Source of the DNA: a bacterium
GTDB taxonomy: Bacteria > Patescibacteriota > Minisyncoccia > Phycocordibacterales > Phycocordibacteraceae
Direction of reading: 5' to 3'
Length of the DNA: 64,000 nt
Assembly: GCA_037200965.1 (NCBI GenBank)
Contig: JBBCGK010000001.1
Location: 864,001-928,000, forward strand
Shown: piece by piece, positions 27,680-37,405 of the stretch
Layout of the letters: the number at the start of each line of letters is the position of its first letter
Position numbering within the stretch: position 1 is the first letter of the stretch
Program-made: the position numbers and the translations under genes
The notes under the pieces: generated by a model
The model's input: the letters and a program-made list of their open reading frames with translations, nothing else
The model's database searches: none
Told to the model about the DNA's origin: nothing

Positions 27680-28124
27680 CATGTATGAAACAATACCGAC
27701 CGCCAAAGTATTGTGCGGTCGGCGCGGAGAATTAGTGCGGTATCGAGCCTGCTACTGACGCGATTTGACCTGCGGCGGTAAAGGCAAGCTGCGCACTGTG
27801 GAGGAAGACGATTACGGTCTTCGAAAGTTCTGAAAAGATCCCGGGGACAAGGACCTCAAGGACGATGATCGTCATCCCCAATCCGATGGCTTGCAACATG
27901 GCGAGCAGCATGTCGGGGAAGACGGTTAGGTGAGATGCGTGCGACCACACATCTGACGATAATCTCGTCCTGTCCTCCCCCGAGCGCGCGCCAAGCCTTG
28001 GCCCGTCCTCGGGAGGGGTGTCCTGTCCTTCTGCCCTCTATAACCTGATCCTCTCGGAGGAGGTTTCAATACGGCAAGCATTTTGGTGATACAATTCCCC
28101 CATATTAAATAACACCAGCACCAT

Positions 28125-28418
28125 ATGGCAACCGCGACCGTTCAAGCCGTAGAGAATCTGAAGCGTGAGATCGACAAGGAAAACAGGGCGCTTCTGGTCG
28201 CTGCGCGCGAGCGCATAGCTGTGCTCGCCGAAGTGGCAAGGAAAAAGCAAGTCATTCAAAAACTGGAAGCAGAGCTGGCCAAAGCGGAAAAAGAACTCGG
28301 AAAGGCTGAAGAGGAGGCAAAAGCCGCAGAACGGGAAGTCGATACGCTTCAAAGGGGCCGGGGAGACCACGAAAGAGAACTTATCAAAATGGCGGCTGAG
28401 CTTAAAAGGGCCGCATAG
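28125..28418 (+). CDS. Coiled-coil hypothetical protein
   Basis: 97 aa, charged and helical (ELAKAEKELGKAEEEAKAAERE). Confidence 0.35.
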   Translation: MATATVQAVENLKREIDKENRALLVAARERIAVLAEVARKKQVIQKLEAELAKAEKELGKAEEEAKAAEREVDTLQRGRGDHERELIKMAAELKRAA

Positions 28419-28432
28419 AAAGGACTTGTCGG

Positions 28433-28505
28433 AGCCGCCTCTCGGATTCGAACCGAGGACCCACACTTTACAAAAGTGTTGCTCTACCAACTGAGCTAAG
28501 GCGGC
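28433..28505 (-). tRNA. tRNA-Thr (anticodon UGU)
   Basis: Reverse complement folds as GCCGCCT-TA-GCTC-AGTTGGTA-GAGC-A-ACACT-TTTGTAA-AGTGT-GGGTC-CTCGG-TTCGAAT-CCGAG-AGGCGGC-T; perfect 7-bp acceptor stem, TGT anticodon; CC (not CCA) encoded after the discriminator. Confidence 0.8.
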
Positions 28506-28821
28506 GTGTGCGCACTATACCAGAATGTGCTAGGCTTTTCCCGAAACGAACCTTACGGGGGCTTGCATGTTTGGAATGATTCTCGCAGCGCTTTTCTTCG
28601 TGCTCAATGCGGCGGCGTTCGTCCTAGTCTTTGCCGCGGTGCTCGTGGCTCTGTTTTTGGCATGGTTTGCGCTGCGGCTCCGTTTCAGCGAGCCGCGGGA
28701 CGAAGTCCGGCGGATCGGAAGGAGGCGTCTCGAAGACGCATTCTTCAAGGGATGGTGGAGCTTTTCCGAAGGATAAGCGACACGACGAAGCGATGCGGCG
28801 GCCATAATCGGCCGCCGCTTC

Positions 28822-29529
28822 CTATTGCTTCCGTGTCGTCGAAGCCGTGGCAGCCGTGGGGCTCGCCTCCTCGTCAAGAAGACGCTTCGGAAGATAGCTC
28901 TTCAGCGTGGCAAGGGAGTCGAAGCCATAGTGCGTCTCGCCGTCGATCACGAACACGGGCGGCGCGGGCTTTATCTTGAGAAGCGAAATAAGGGTTTCGA
29001 GCGCGCCGAGCGGGAGGTTATAGTCGAAGGAATAGACGCGAAGCGACGGAAACTCCTGGCGGAGCGCGTCGAGCGCGTAGCCCGCATCGGTGCAGTCGCT
29101 GCAGTCGCCCTGGTTCGAATAAAAATAGAGGACCGAAACCGGGGCTTTCCCCTCGCCGCAGCGTTCCTTCACGCGCTCGGTGATGAGATAATCCTTGATC
29201 TCAAGGAGCGAATACTGCTCCTTGAGCTGTATCACGCGCTCGTTGTCGGCCCCGAGCGACTGCTCGGCGCTTCCGAGGCGGCTCGCGAGCGTGTTGATTT
29301 CGCTCGGGAGCACGGCATGGCTTTCAAGCGCCGAGCACGCGACATCGCTTATAAGGTCGAACTGGGTCTCAAGCGAGATGATGTCGATCGATATCTTGTC
29401 CGCCGTGTTCTGGATGCTCTCGACCCGCGCGCGGTCGAACAACGTGCTTACATAAAATGCGGTCGCGAAAATGGCCGCGGTAATGATGAACGCGAACGCA
29501 TATTTCATCCAGTCGGGTCGCTCTCTCAT
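28822..29529 (-). CDS. Membrane-anchored hypothetical protein with CxxC motif
   Basis: N-terminal TM; GDCSDCT motif; 3 bp downstream of and co-directional with the GT2 gene. Confidence 0.4.
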   Translation of the reverse strand: MRERPDWMKYAFAFIITAAIFATAFYVSTLFDRARVESIQNTADKISIDIISLETQFDLISDVACSALESHAVLPSEINTLASRLGSAEQSLGADNERVIQLKEQYSLLEIKDYLITERVKERCGEGKAPVSVLYFYSNQGDCSDCTDAGYALDALRQEFPSLRVYSFDYNLPLGALETLISLLKIKPAPPVFVIDGETHYGFDSLATLKSYLPKRLLDEEASPTAATASTTRKQ

Positions 29530-29532
29530 ACG

Positions 29533-30795
29533 CTATTCGGGGCCTTTGCGGCGCTCGTCGATTTCCTGCCGCCAGCTCTTCTGCCTCGCGGACGCGACGT
29601 TATACACCGCCCGCCCGAGCCACCACGGCGCGAACACGCCGTAGAGGGCGAGGTAGAGGAAAAGGTTGATGCCGAGATTTTTCTCCGCCACGAGGCGCGA
29701 ACCCATAATGATGATGGCGATGGTGCAAAGGAACAGGAGCCAGCTGAGGAAGAGAAACGGGTGCGTATCGAAATAGAAAAGGTCGAATGACGGCATATGG
29801 AACGACGAGAAACCGACGACGCGGAGGCGGTCCGCGGCCTTAAGCGCGTCAGATCCCGCATAGGCTATGGAAACGGCGGTGAAGTAAATAGCGGGGAAGA
29901 TGGTGAAAAGGCCCATAGGGAGGAGAAACATGCCGAGCGTGCCGTATTTGCGGTTGAAGAACATGAAGCGATAGTCTTTGGCGTTTCGCATGAACCCGTA
30001 CGACCAGCGCACCCGCTGCTTGAAAAGCGCCTTATAGGAGCGCGGCGTCTTGGTGTACACGTGGGCGGTCGGGGCGTTCTCGATCTTCATGTTATGCGAC
30101 TGCATGCGAAGCGCGATCTCCATATCTTCCGTCATGTACGCCTCCTTATACGGCCCGAGCTGGAGGAATACCTCCCGGCGGAATATGGAGAATGGGCCGG
30201 GCGTGATGAAGAGCGCGTCAAGCCAGGCGAACGTGCGGCGGATAAATGCAGACAGCGCATACTCCGCCTGCTGCACCCTTTGCACGATGCTCGCGGGCTT
30301 TGAAACCTTGATGCCGGGCGTGACCGCCATAACGCTTTTGTCCGCGAAATACCGCGCGATCTCCCGGAGCGCATCGGGGGCGACGGTCGAGTCGGCGTCG
30401 AGGCAGCCGACGAGCTCGCTCGTCGCGTGCGAAAGGCCGAGATTGAGGGCGGAGAATTTTCCGCCGCCGTTCTCTTTCGTGAAGACGCGCACGCGCGGCT
30501 CGCCCGCGTAGCGCGCGAGCGCGTCGGCCGTCCCGTCGGTCGAACCGTCGTTTATGGCGAAGATGTTGAGCTTGTCATGCGGATAGTCGAGCGCGAGAAG
30601 CGAGTCGAGCGTCCTCGCGACCGTCTTCTCCTCGTTATAGCAGGGGATGAATATGGTAGACGTCGGAAGGTCCTCATCCGCCACCGCCCCGGGCTCCTTT
30701 TTCGTGCGCTTGCCTTCGAGGAAGGACAAAAGGAGAAACACCTCGAAGAAGAGGGAAACGAAAAGCACCGGATATATGAATACCATCCCGCTCAC
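29533..30795 (-). CDS. Family 2 glycosyltransferase (processive, membrane-integrated; cellulose/PNAG synthase-like)
   Basis: IPCYNEE (DxD-region context), DADS, QRVRWSYG (Q(R/Q)xRW), C-terminal TM helices. Confidence 0.7.
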   Translation of the reverse strand: MSGMVFIYPVLFVSLFFEVFLLLSFLEGKRTKKEPGAVADEDLPTSTIFIPCYNEEKTVARTLDSLLALDYPHDKLNIFAINDGSTDGTADALARYAGEPRVRVFTKENGGGKFSALNLGLSHATSELVGCLDADSTVAPDALREIARYFADKSVMAVTPGIKVSKPASIVQRVQQAEYALSAFIRRTFAWLDALFITPGPFSIFRREVFLQLGPYKEAYMTEDMEIALRMQSHNMKIENAPTAHVYTKTPRSYKALFKQRVRWSYGFMRNAKDYRFMFFNRKYGTLGMFLLPMGLFTIFPAIYFTAVSIAYAGSDALKAADRLRVVGFSSFHMPSFDLFYFDTHPFLFLSWLLFLCTIAIIIMGSRLVAEKNLGINLFLYLALYGVFAPWWLGRAVYNVASARQKSWRQEIDERRKGPE

Positions 30796-30839
30796 AGCTC
30801 CAGTATAGCAAATATGAAGGAGAACCGTATACTGGCCCT

Positions 30840-31559
30840 ATGGAAGGGAGGTTGCATCCGATAAGCGTCGCGTCGCGGGAGATCGCCGATATTTTCGGCC
30901 GCATGGGGTTTGGCATCGCGTATGGCCCCGAACTTGAGACTGAACACTACAATTTCGATGCGCTTAATATGCCCGCGACGCATCCGGCACGCGACATGCA
31001 GGATACGTTTTGGACGAAAGAGAATCCTCCCCGCGTTCCCCGCACCCAAACGTCGCCGGTGCAGGTCAGGTATATGGAAGAGCAGATGAAACGGGGAATG
31101 CTCCCCCCATACCGCATCATCGCCCCGGGAAAGGTGTACAGGAACGAGGCTACGGACGCCACGCACGAAGCGCAGTTCTATCAGAACGAGGGGCTGGCGA
31201 TAGGCGAGGATATCACGCTCGCGCATCTCAAGGGAACGCTCGAACGGTTTTTCAAGGAGTATCTTGATGAGAACGCGAAAGTGCGGTTTCGTCCCTCGTT
31301 TTTCCCATTCGTCGAGCCAGCGGTCGAAGTCGACGTGTGGTTCGATGTAAAAGGGCAGTGGCTTGAGGTTATGGGCGCAGGCATGGTGCACCCGAAGGTT
31401 CTCGAGAACTCCGGAGTGGACCCGAAAAAATATCAAGGGTTCGCATTCGGCGGCGGGCTCGAGCGCCTTATCATGGTGAAATACGGCGTGCCGGATGTGC
31501 GCCTCTTCCATTCGGGCGATACGCGTTTCGTGCACGGCTTCGCGGAAATCGAGCCATGA
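30840..31559 (+). CDS. pheS: Phenylalanine--tRNA ligase alpha subunit (short form, catalytic core only)
   Basis: Class II aaRS motifs: NMPATHPARDMQDTF, RPSFFPFVEPAVEVDV, FAFGGGLERLIM. Confidence 0.85.
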   Translation: MEGRLHPISVASREIADIFGRMGFGIAYGPELETEHYNFDALNMPATHPARDMQDTFWTKENPPRVPRTQTSPVQVRYMEEQMKRGMLPPYRIIAPGKVYRNEATDATHEAQFYQNEGLAIGEDITLAHLKGTLERFFKEYLDENAKVRFRPSFFPFVEPAVEVDVWFDVKGQWLEVMGAGMVHPKVLENSGVDPKKYQGFAFGGGLERLIMVKYGVPDVRLFHSGDTRFVHGFAEIEP

Positions 31560-31960
31560 ACTGTGTCTTTTGTTCCGTCGTCGAGAAGAACGAACCGCAC
31601 CATGAGATTGTGTGGTCGGATAAGCGCCATATCGCATTCCTCAATATAAAACCGGCACAACCCGGCCATGTGCTCGTGATACCCCGGAAGCATGTTGACG
31701 ACGGATTCGATCTTTCATCCGAAGAGTTCGGCGCGCTTATGGAGGCGAGCCGGCGTCTTGCGGTGCCGCTTAAAGCAGTCCTCAACCCTTCCCGCGTCGC
31801 ACTGGCCCTTGAAGGTTTTCATGTGCCGCATGCGCATGTTCACCTGATTCCAGTGAATAAAAGCGGCGATATGATGAACGAAACCAAAGAACCGGTGCCA
31901 AGCGAAGAACTTGTGCCAATAGCTGAAGCGTTGCGGGCCGCTATCGCATCAACATTATGA
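31556..31960 (+). CDS. HIT-family (histidine triad) protein
   Basis: HVPHAHVHLIP histidine triad; ATGA overlaps with pheS upstream and pheT downstream. Confidence 0.75.
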   Translation: MNCVFCSVVEKNEPHHEIVWSDKRHIAFLNIKPAQPGHVLVIPRKHVDDGFDLSSEEFGALMEASRRLAVPLKAVLNPSRVALALEGFHVPHAHVHLIPVNKSGDMMNETKEPVPSEELVPIAEALRAAIASTL

Positions 31961-33852
31961 AAATCTCCCGCTCCTGGCTTCAGAAGTATTTCGAAGCGCC
32001 GCTCCCGAGCACGGCGGAGATCGCCGAAGCCTTCACCTTCCACGCGTTCGAGATAGAAGAGGCGAACGGCGATCTCCTCGACGTGAAGGTGCTTCCGAAC
32101 CGTGCGGCCGACTGCCTCTCGCACCGCGGGCTTGCGAAGGAACTTTCCGCGATACTCAATCTGTCGCTTAAGAGCGACCCGCTTCGGGAACCGCTTCCTC
32201 TTTGGCCCGGAACGGATACGCTCAAAATTACTATCGATGATCCGAAGAAAAGCGCCCGGCAGATGGGCGCATTGGTACGCGGTGTGAAAGTCGGGCCTTC
32301 GCCCGTCTGGCTCCGTGAAGCTCTTGAAGCGGTGGGGCAGCGGTCCATCAATAACATAGTTGATGCGACCAACTACGTGACCCTCGACATGGGCCAGCCG
32401 CTCCATGCGTTCGACGCGAAAAAGATCGAGTGGCACGACGGCACCCTCTCGATCCGCATCCGGGGAACAGCAGCCGGAGAGAACATCACCGTCCTTACGG
32501 GCGAAGATTACGTACTTCCCGAGAACACCACCGTCATCGCGGAAGGGACGGCAGGCACGGTGCTCGACATCGCGGGAATCAAAGGCGGCATGGCATCGGC
32601 CATTTCCGAAGACACGACCGATCTCTACGTATCCGTCGCGCACTTCGACCCTGTATCGGTGCGCAAGACCGCCCAGGCCCTGAAGCTTTTTACCGACGCG
32701 TCGGCGAGGTTCCAAAATAATCCGTCTCCGGAACTCGCGGCGTACGGGATGCGCGCCGTGCTCGATCTTATAGAACAGGTTGCGGGCGGCGAGCTCGTCG
32801 GCGTCGTCGATATCTATCCGAATCCGCAGACGCAACTCCCCGTGCAAGTTTCTCTTGCGCGGATCAACGGCCGTCTCGGTTCTTCCTTTACGCTCGCGGA
32901 AGTGAAGAATGCTTTTGACCGACTCGGCCTTGCTTGTATCGAAGCCGGAGAAATGCTCACTGTCACGCCGCCCTTTGAGCGCCGCGATCTCCTGCTCCCC
33001 GAAGACCTCGCGGAGGAGGCGGGGCAGGTCCTCGGATACGACCGGGTGCCCGCGGTCGAGCTTCCGGCACTTCCGGGAGCGCCCGATCAGGCGAGGTTCC
33101 GCGGCATTTCGAGGATCAAGGATATTCTTGCCGAGCATGGCTATACGGAGATAAGCACGCAGAGCTTTACGCCCACGGGCGATGTGTATCTTGCGAATCC
33201 TTTGGACACTACGAAGCCCGTGCTTCGCCCTGGTCTCATCGAAAATATGCAGGACGCGCTCAAGCGCGCCGCGGTTGCGGCTCCGAGGGTGCTGGGGCCT
33301 GCCGACAAGCTGAAACTTTTCGAGATCGGCGCGGTATTTACGAAAGATACCGAGCATCTGTCGCTCGCGCTTGGGTATGCGCAGCTTTCGGGAAAGAAGT
33401 CCGATGCCGTGCTTCCCGGCGCGCTTGATGCGCTCGGTGAACTCCTTGGCGCCATCCCGGAAAGCGCGGTCAAAAGGGAGGACGGTGCTATCGAAGTCGA
33501 TCTCTCGGGCTTCGACCTTGCCGCGCTTGGCAAGGACTATGCACCCCGGCCCGTGGGGCTCGGAACATACCGCCCGTTTTCAATCTATCCGTTCGCGCTT
33601 CGCGATATCGCCGTATGGACGCCGCTTGGAACCGAGCAGGACGAAGTCGAGCAGGCGATATTCAAGGAGGCGGGAAGCGAGCTCGCGCGCCTCGACCTTT
33701 TCGACCGGTTCGAAAAAGACGGGAAGCTCTCCTATGCCTTCCGTCTTGTCTTCGAGGCGTTCGACCGCACGCTCACCGACGTCGAGCTCGTCGAGGCGAT
33801 GGATCGCGTATCAAAAGCGCTTAACGCAAAGGAGGGGTTTTCGGTGCGCTAA
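31957..33852 (+). CDS. pheT: Phenylalanine--tRNA ligase beta subunit (short form lacking N-terminal tRNA-binding domain)
   Basis: B3/4 and B5 domain-like regions, C-terminal class II-like and FDX-ACB-like domain; follows pheS-HIT. Confidence 0.8.
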   Translation: MKISRSWLQKYFEAPLPSTAEIAEAFTFHAFEIEEANGDLLDVKVLPNRAADCLSHRGLAKELSAILNLSLKSDPLREPLPLWPGTDTLKITIDDPKKSARQMGALVRGVKVGPSPVWLREALEAVGQRSINNIVDATNYVTLDMGQPLHAFDAKKIEWHDGTLSIRIRGTAAGENITVLTGEDYVLPENTTVIAEGTAGTVLDIAGIKGGMASAISEDTTDLYVSVAHFDPVSVRKTAQALKLFTDASARFQNNPSPELAAYGMRAVLDLIEQVAGGELVGVVDIYPNPQTQLPVQVSLARINGRLGSSFTLAEVKNAFDRLGLACIEAGEMLTVTPPFERRDLLLPEDLAEEAGQVLGYDRVPAVELPALPGAPDQARFRGISRIKDILAEHGYTEISTQSFTPTGDVYLANPLDTTKPVLRPGLIENMQDALKRAAVAAPRVLGPADKLKLFEIGAVFTKDTEHLSLALGYAQLSGKKSDAVLPGALDALGELLGAIPESAVKREDGAIEVDLSGFDLAALGKDYAPRPVGLGTYRPFSIYPFALRDIAVWTPLGTEQDEVEQAIFKEAGSELARLDLFDRFEKDGKLSYAFRLVFEAFDRTLTDVELVEAMDRVSKALNAKEGFSVR

Positions 33853-33918
33853 TCAGGAAAGACAAAAGCCGCCCGTGAGAGCGAGACGAGCAACCTTTGC
33901 CCGTCGCCTCTCCGGCGG

Positions 33919-34368
33919 CTACGTTTCTTCGGGATAGTAATGAAGCCAGACGAGCACGAGCGCGACGGTGACTTCTTCGACCTCGAACCCGCGGAGCGTG
34001 TTCCTCGGAATCTCGATCAGATCGTTCGGTCCATAAGGCGTTCTGGTTGTTCCGGAAAGCACCCATCCCCGTCCCTCGAGAATTCGATATTCCGAGCATG
34101 GGTTCATAGAACCACATTTCCGGTAGATTCCTGTCCCAAACTTGGCCATCTCCATGATCGAACCGTTGGCATATGGACCGCCGATCTCGCATGCCCAGAA
34201 GACCGCGCCATCCTTAGCGACGAGTGATTGCCACGGCAGCCCGACGAAAATATCTTTCACGTCCACGGATAGAACTCCTCGCCTTTTTGGATTATTGCCG
34301 GATTTCGGAAGCGCGGCTCCGGCGAAGTTCCGCCTTGAGGCGTTTGATCCGTCTCCGGTCGGTTTCAT
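33919..34368 (-). CDS. Hypothetical protein (possible small beta-barrel/cupin-like); start uncertain
   Basis: ORF 33919..34458. Its upstream part overlaps a second same-strand ORF in another frame (listed next), so an internal Met start is assumed. Confidence 0.25.
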   Translation of the reverse strand: MKPTGDGSNASRRNFAGAALPKSGNNPKRRGVLSVDVKDIFVGLPWQSLVAKDGAVFWACEIGGPYANGSIMEMAKFGTGIYRKCGSMNPCSEYRILEGRGWVLSGTTRTPYGPNDLIEIPRNTLRGFEVEEVTVALVLVWLHYYPEET

Positions 34369-34552
34369 CGAGCCGCCGTATTGCCACGACCCGAGGGACA
34401 TCCGCGGGGATATCGCCCCGCTCGTATGCTGCCGTGACGAGTTGTTCGATGTCGTCATTAAGCCGCGAGCGCGGCGTACCCTTTTTCATTGATATTCTCC
34501 TGTTGGGTTCAAAGCCTATCTTAGACATTACCTGTTTATATACATAAGTCAA
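34292..34552 (-). CDS. Small basic hypothetical protein (86 aa)
   Basis: Charged, protein-like composition; overlaps the neighbouring ORF out of frame, so only one of the two 5' regions can be real. Confidence 0.25.
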   Translation of the reverse strand: MTYVYKQVMSKIGFEPNRRISMKKGTPRSRLNDDIEQLVTAAYERGDIPADVPRVVAIRRLDETDRRRIKRLKAELRRSRASEIRQ

Positions 34553-34628
34553 GTGTTACGGAAGCGGCGGAACAAACATTTTACCTACAAACAAGTCTTC
34601 ACTTCGTGATACAATAAGCCTAAGAATC

Positions 34629-36683
34629 ATGGCGAAGGCAGAGGCAAAAACACCCGCAAAAGCGAAGGCGTACGATGCGTCGGCCATTACCGTGCTCGAG
34701 GGCCTCGAGCCGGTCCGGAAGCGCCCGGGAATGTACATCGGGACCACGGGTCCCGACGGCCTCCACCACCTCATCTGGGAGATTTTCGACAACTCCCGCG
34801 ACGAGGCCATGGGCGGGCACGCGAACGACATCGAAGTCGCTCTTCTTCCGGACGGCTATGTGCGCGTAGCGGACAACGGACGCGGCATCCCGGTAGGGAT
34901 ACACCCAAAGACGAAGGTCTCGGCGCTTGAAACCATCATGACGACGCTCCATGCCGGAGGAAAGTTCGGCGGGGACGACAGCGGGTACAAGGTCTCGGGC
35001 GGGCTTCACGGCGTGGGCGCCTCCGTCGTAAACGCGCTTTCGGTGCATACGATGGCAACCGTGCACCAGGACGGCGGTATCCACATGCAGGAGTACGCGA
35101 TCGGAAAGCCCAAGGGGAAGGTAAAGCAAATCGGGAAGACCAAGGAGCGCGGCACGATCATCAAATTCAAGGCCGACGATACGATATTCAAGGACGGCAT
35201 CAACTGGAACTGGGACAAGATCGTCGCGCACCTGCGCCAGCAGGCATATCTCGTGAAGGCGGTGCGCATCTCGATCATCGACGCGCGCGGGGCGGGGAAG
35301 ATCGACGACGAAAGCGTCTTCTATCTCCGGGATCTCAAGCTCGAAGTTCCGTCGATGTCCTTCTATTTCGAGGGAGGCCTTAAGTCGCTCGTCGCTTTCT
35401 ATAACAAGCACCAGAAGCCGGTGCATCCTCATATTTTCTACGCAGAGCACGAAGCGGACGGGGTCGCGGTCGAAGTCGCGCTCCAGTACGTCGACGACAT
35501 CACCCCGCGGCTTACCGCATTCGCGAACAATACGTACAACGCCGAAGGCGGTACGCACGTGACGGGCTTTAAGACCGCGCTTACGCGTACCCTCAACTCA
35601 TACGGCCGCACCGCGGGCATTCTCAAGGAAAGCGAGGAGAACTTCACGGGCGACGATGCGCTTGAAGGAATCACGGCAGTGATTTCGGTGAAGCTGCCGG
35701 AAATCCAGTTCGAGGGTCAGACGAAGGGCAAGCTCGGCTCGGTCGAGGCGCAGGGCGCGGTCGCAAGCGTATTCGGCTCCGCTTTTTCAACCTATCTTGA
35801 AGAGAATCCCGACGACGGGCGGGCGATCGTAAACAAGGTGCTGCTGGCACTCAAGGCCCGCAAGGCCGCGAAAGCCGCCAAAGACTCGGTGCTCCGCAAA
35901 GGCGCGCTTGAAGGCATGACGCTTCCGGGGAAGCTCTCGGACTGCCAGGTGAAGGACCCGGCGGAAGCCGAGCTCTTCATCGTCGAGGGAGATTCGGCAG
36001 GCGGCTCGGCGAAGATGGGCAGGGACCGCAGGACCCAGGCGATCCTCCCGCTTCGCGGCAAGATCCTCAACGTCGAGCGCCGCATCGACCGCATGCTCGA
36101 GTCGGACTCCATCCGCTCCATCGTCATCGCGCTTGGTGCCGCGATCGGCGACGTGTTCGACCTTTCGAAGCTCCGCTACCACAAGATCATCGTCGCGACC
36201 GATGCGGACGTCGACGGCGCCCATATCCGCACGCTCCTCCTCACTCTCTTTTATCGCCATTTCCGTCCGGTGATCGACGGCGGCTTCATCTACATCGCCC
36301 AGCCCCCGCTTTATAAGATCAAGAGGGGAAAGGAAGTATTTTATGCGTATTCGGACGAGGAAAAGAATAAGATTCTCGGGAAGGATGCCGCGCTCGCGGA
36401 AGAAATACAGGACGTAAGCGGAGAGGAGGACAGCGCGGGAGAGGAGGCAAGTGCTAAGAGGACCCCGAAGATTTCCATACAGCGCTATAAGGGCCTTGGC
36501 GAAATGAATCCCGAGGAGCTCAAAGAAACGACGATGGATGCCGGGAAGCGGGTCCTCAAGCAGGTCATGGTCGAGGACGCGCAGGAAGCGGACCGCATCT
36601 TCGATATTCTTATGGGCAAGGACGTTGCGAGCCGTAAGTCCTTCATACAGTCGAACGCGAAGCTCGCGAATCTGGATATATAA
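34629..36683 (+). CDS. gyrB: DNA gyrase subunit B (type IIA topoisomerase ATPase subunit; GyrB/ParE family)
   Basis: GHKL N-terminus (LEGLEPVRKRPGMYIG, IFDNSRDEA, DNGRGIP, GGLHGVGASVVNALS), TOPRIM EGDSAGGSAK, PLRGKILN; short form without the ~170-aa insertion. Confidence 0.8.
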   Translation: MAKAEAKTPAKAKAYDASAITVLEGLEPVRKRPGMYIGTTGPDGLHHLIWEIFDNSRDEAMGGHANDIEVALLPDGYVRVADNGRGIPVGIHPKTKVSALETIMTTLHAGGKFGGDDSGYKVSGGLHGVGASVVNALSVHTMATVHQDGGIHMQEYAIGKPKGKVKQIGKTKERGTIIKFKADDTIFKDGINWNWDKIVAHLRQQAYLVKAVRISIIDARGAGKIDDESVFYLRDLKLEVPSMSFYFEGGLKSLVAFYNKHQKPVHPHIFYAEHEADGVAVEVALQYVDDITPRLTAFANNTYNAEGGTHVTGFKTALTRTLNSYGRTAGILKESEENFTGDDALEGITAVISVKLPEIQFEGQTKGKLGSVEAQGAVASVFGSAFSTYLEENPDDGRAIVNKVLLALKARKAAKAAKDSVLRKGALEGMTLPGKLSDCQVKDPAEAELFIVEGDSAGGSAKMGRDRRTQAILPLRGKILNVERRIDRMLESDSIRSIVIALGAAIGDVFDLSKLRYHKIIVATDADVDGAHIRTLLLTLFYRHFRPVIDGGFIYIAQPPLYKIKRGKEVFYAYSDEEKNKILGKDAALAEEIQDVSGEEDSAGEEASAKRTPKISIQRYKGLGEMNPEELKETTMDAGKRVLKQVMVEDAQEADRIFDILMGKDVASRKSFIQSNAKLANLDI

Positions 36684-36687
36684 AGAC

Positions 36688-36715
36688 AAATGCCGGGCGT
36701 TGCCACCCGGCATTT
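36688..36715. terminator. Hairpin terminator between convergent gyrB and 36733..37269 genes
   Basis: aaatgccggg-cgttgcca-cccggcattt; U-rich on the minus-strand side. Confidence 0.5.
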
Positions 36716-36732
36716 AACTCCCCGCTTTGAAC

Positions 36733-37269
36733 CTAGAGACTGAGGAAGATCTCCTTGCTCAGGCGAATGAGTTCCGCGTCCGGTTGCCGAAGCGTGTTTC
36801 TGTAAAATGCGGTAAGTTCTTCCCGGGTGAGATTTCGTCCCGGAGAACGACGTGTCAGCGCATTCGCGCACTGCCAACCGTCTTTTGGGTGCACGCCATT
36901 TCCCTCGTGACAGAAAAGGATCACGCTTTCAAGTGCCCATTTCGAGAGCTCGAAATACGTTCCAATTCCCGCGATTCGCGCAGCGGCGCACCTTGCTCCC
37001 GGACGAAAGTGTTGCTGAGCATATCCAGACCATTCGGTGAGGTTCCTGCCAATGACGGAGTCGATGTCGGGGGGATCGAATTTGTTTATGTTCCCGAATA
37101 CAAGCATTGCCCGAATGCATTCCTCCATGACGTGTGCCCATATGTCCGTTCCGGGCTCTTCTGGACCGACGCTGGTGAGGAAATCTTCAAGAGCAGTTTT
37201 CTGTTCCGGCCATGTATGTTCGGCGCGGAAATACTCCAGCAAAGCGGACGCATTTTTGCAGTCAGACAT
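36733..37269 (-). CDS. Hypothetical protein
   Basis: 178-aa ORF, no recognised family. Confidence 0.35.
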   Translation of the reverse strand: MSDCKNASALLEYFRAEHTWPEQKTALEDFLTSVGPEEPGTDIWAHVMEECIRAMLVFGNINKFDPPDIDSVIGRNLTEWSGYAQQHFRPGARCAAARIAGIGTYFELSKWALESVILFCHEGNGVHPKDGWQCANALTRRSPGRNLTREELTAFYRNTLRQPDAELIRLSKEIFLSL

Positions 37270-37405
37270 TTTCTCTCTCCGTGCGTTGGGTTGTCAGGAT
37301 ATTGATGGAACCAGATAACTATTTGCATCGTACATTCGGCAACCGGGAAAAACAAGAGAACCGCCCGCAATCCTTGCTTGCGGGCGGCGCCTTTCTTGTG
37401 AAATC

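Noticed and set aside
27732-27950. 72-aa minus-strand ORF near terminator
   Set aside because: Hydrophobic but no start context or homology; may be spurious; not listed as a feature.
31840-33357. 505-aa minus-strand ORF
   Set aside because: Antisense shadow of pheT.
34620-35558. 312-aa minus-strand ORF
   Set aside because: Antisense shadow of gyrB.
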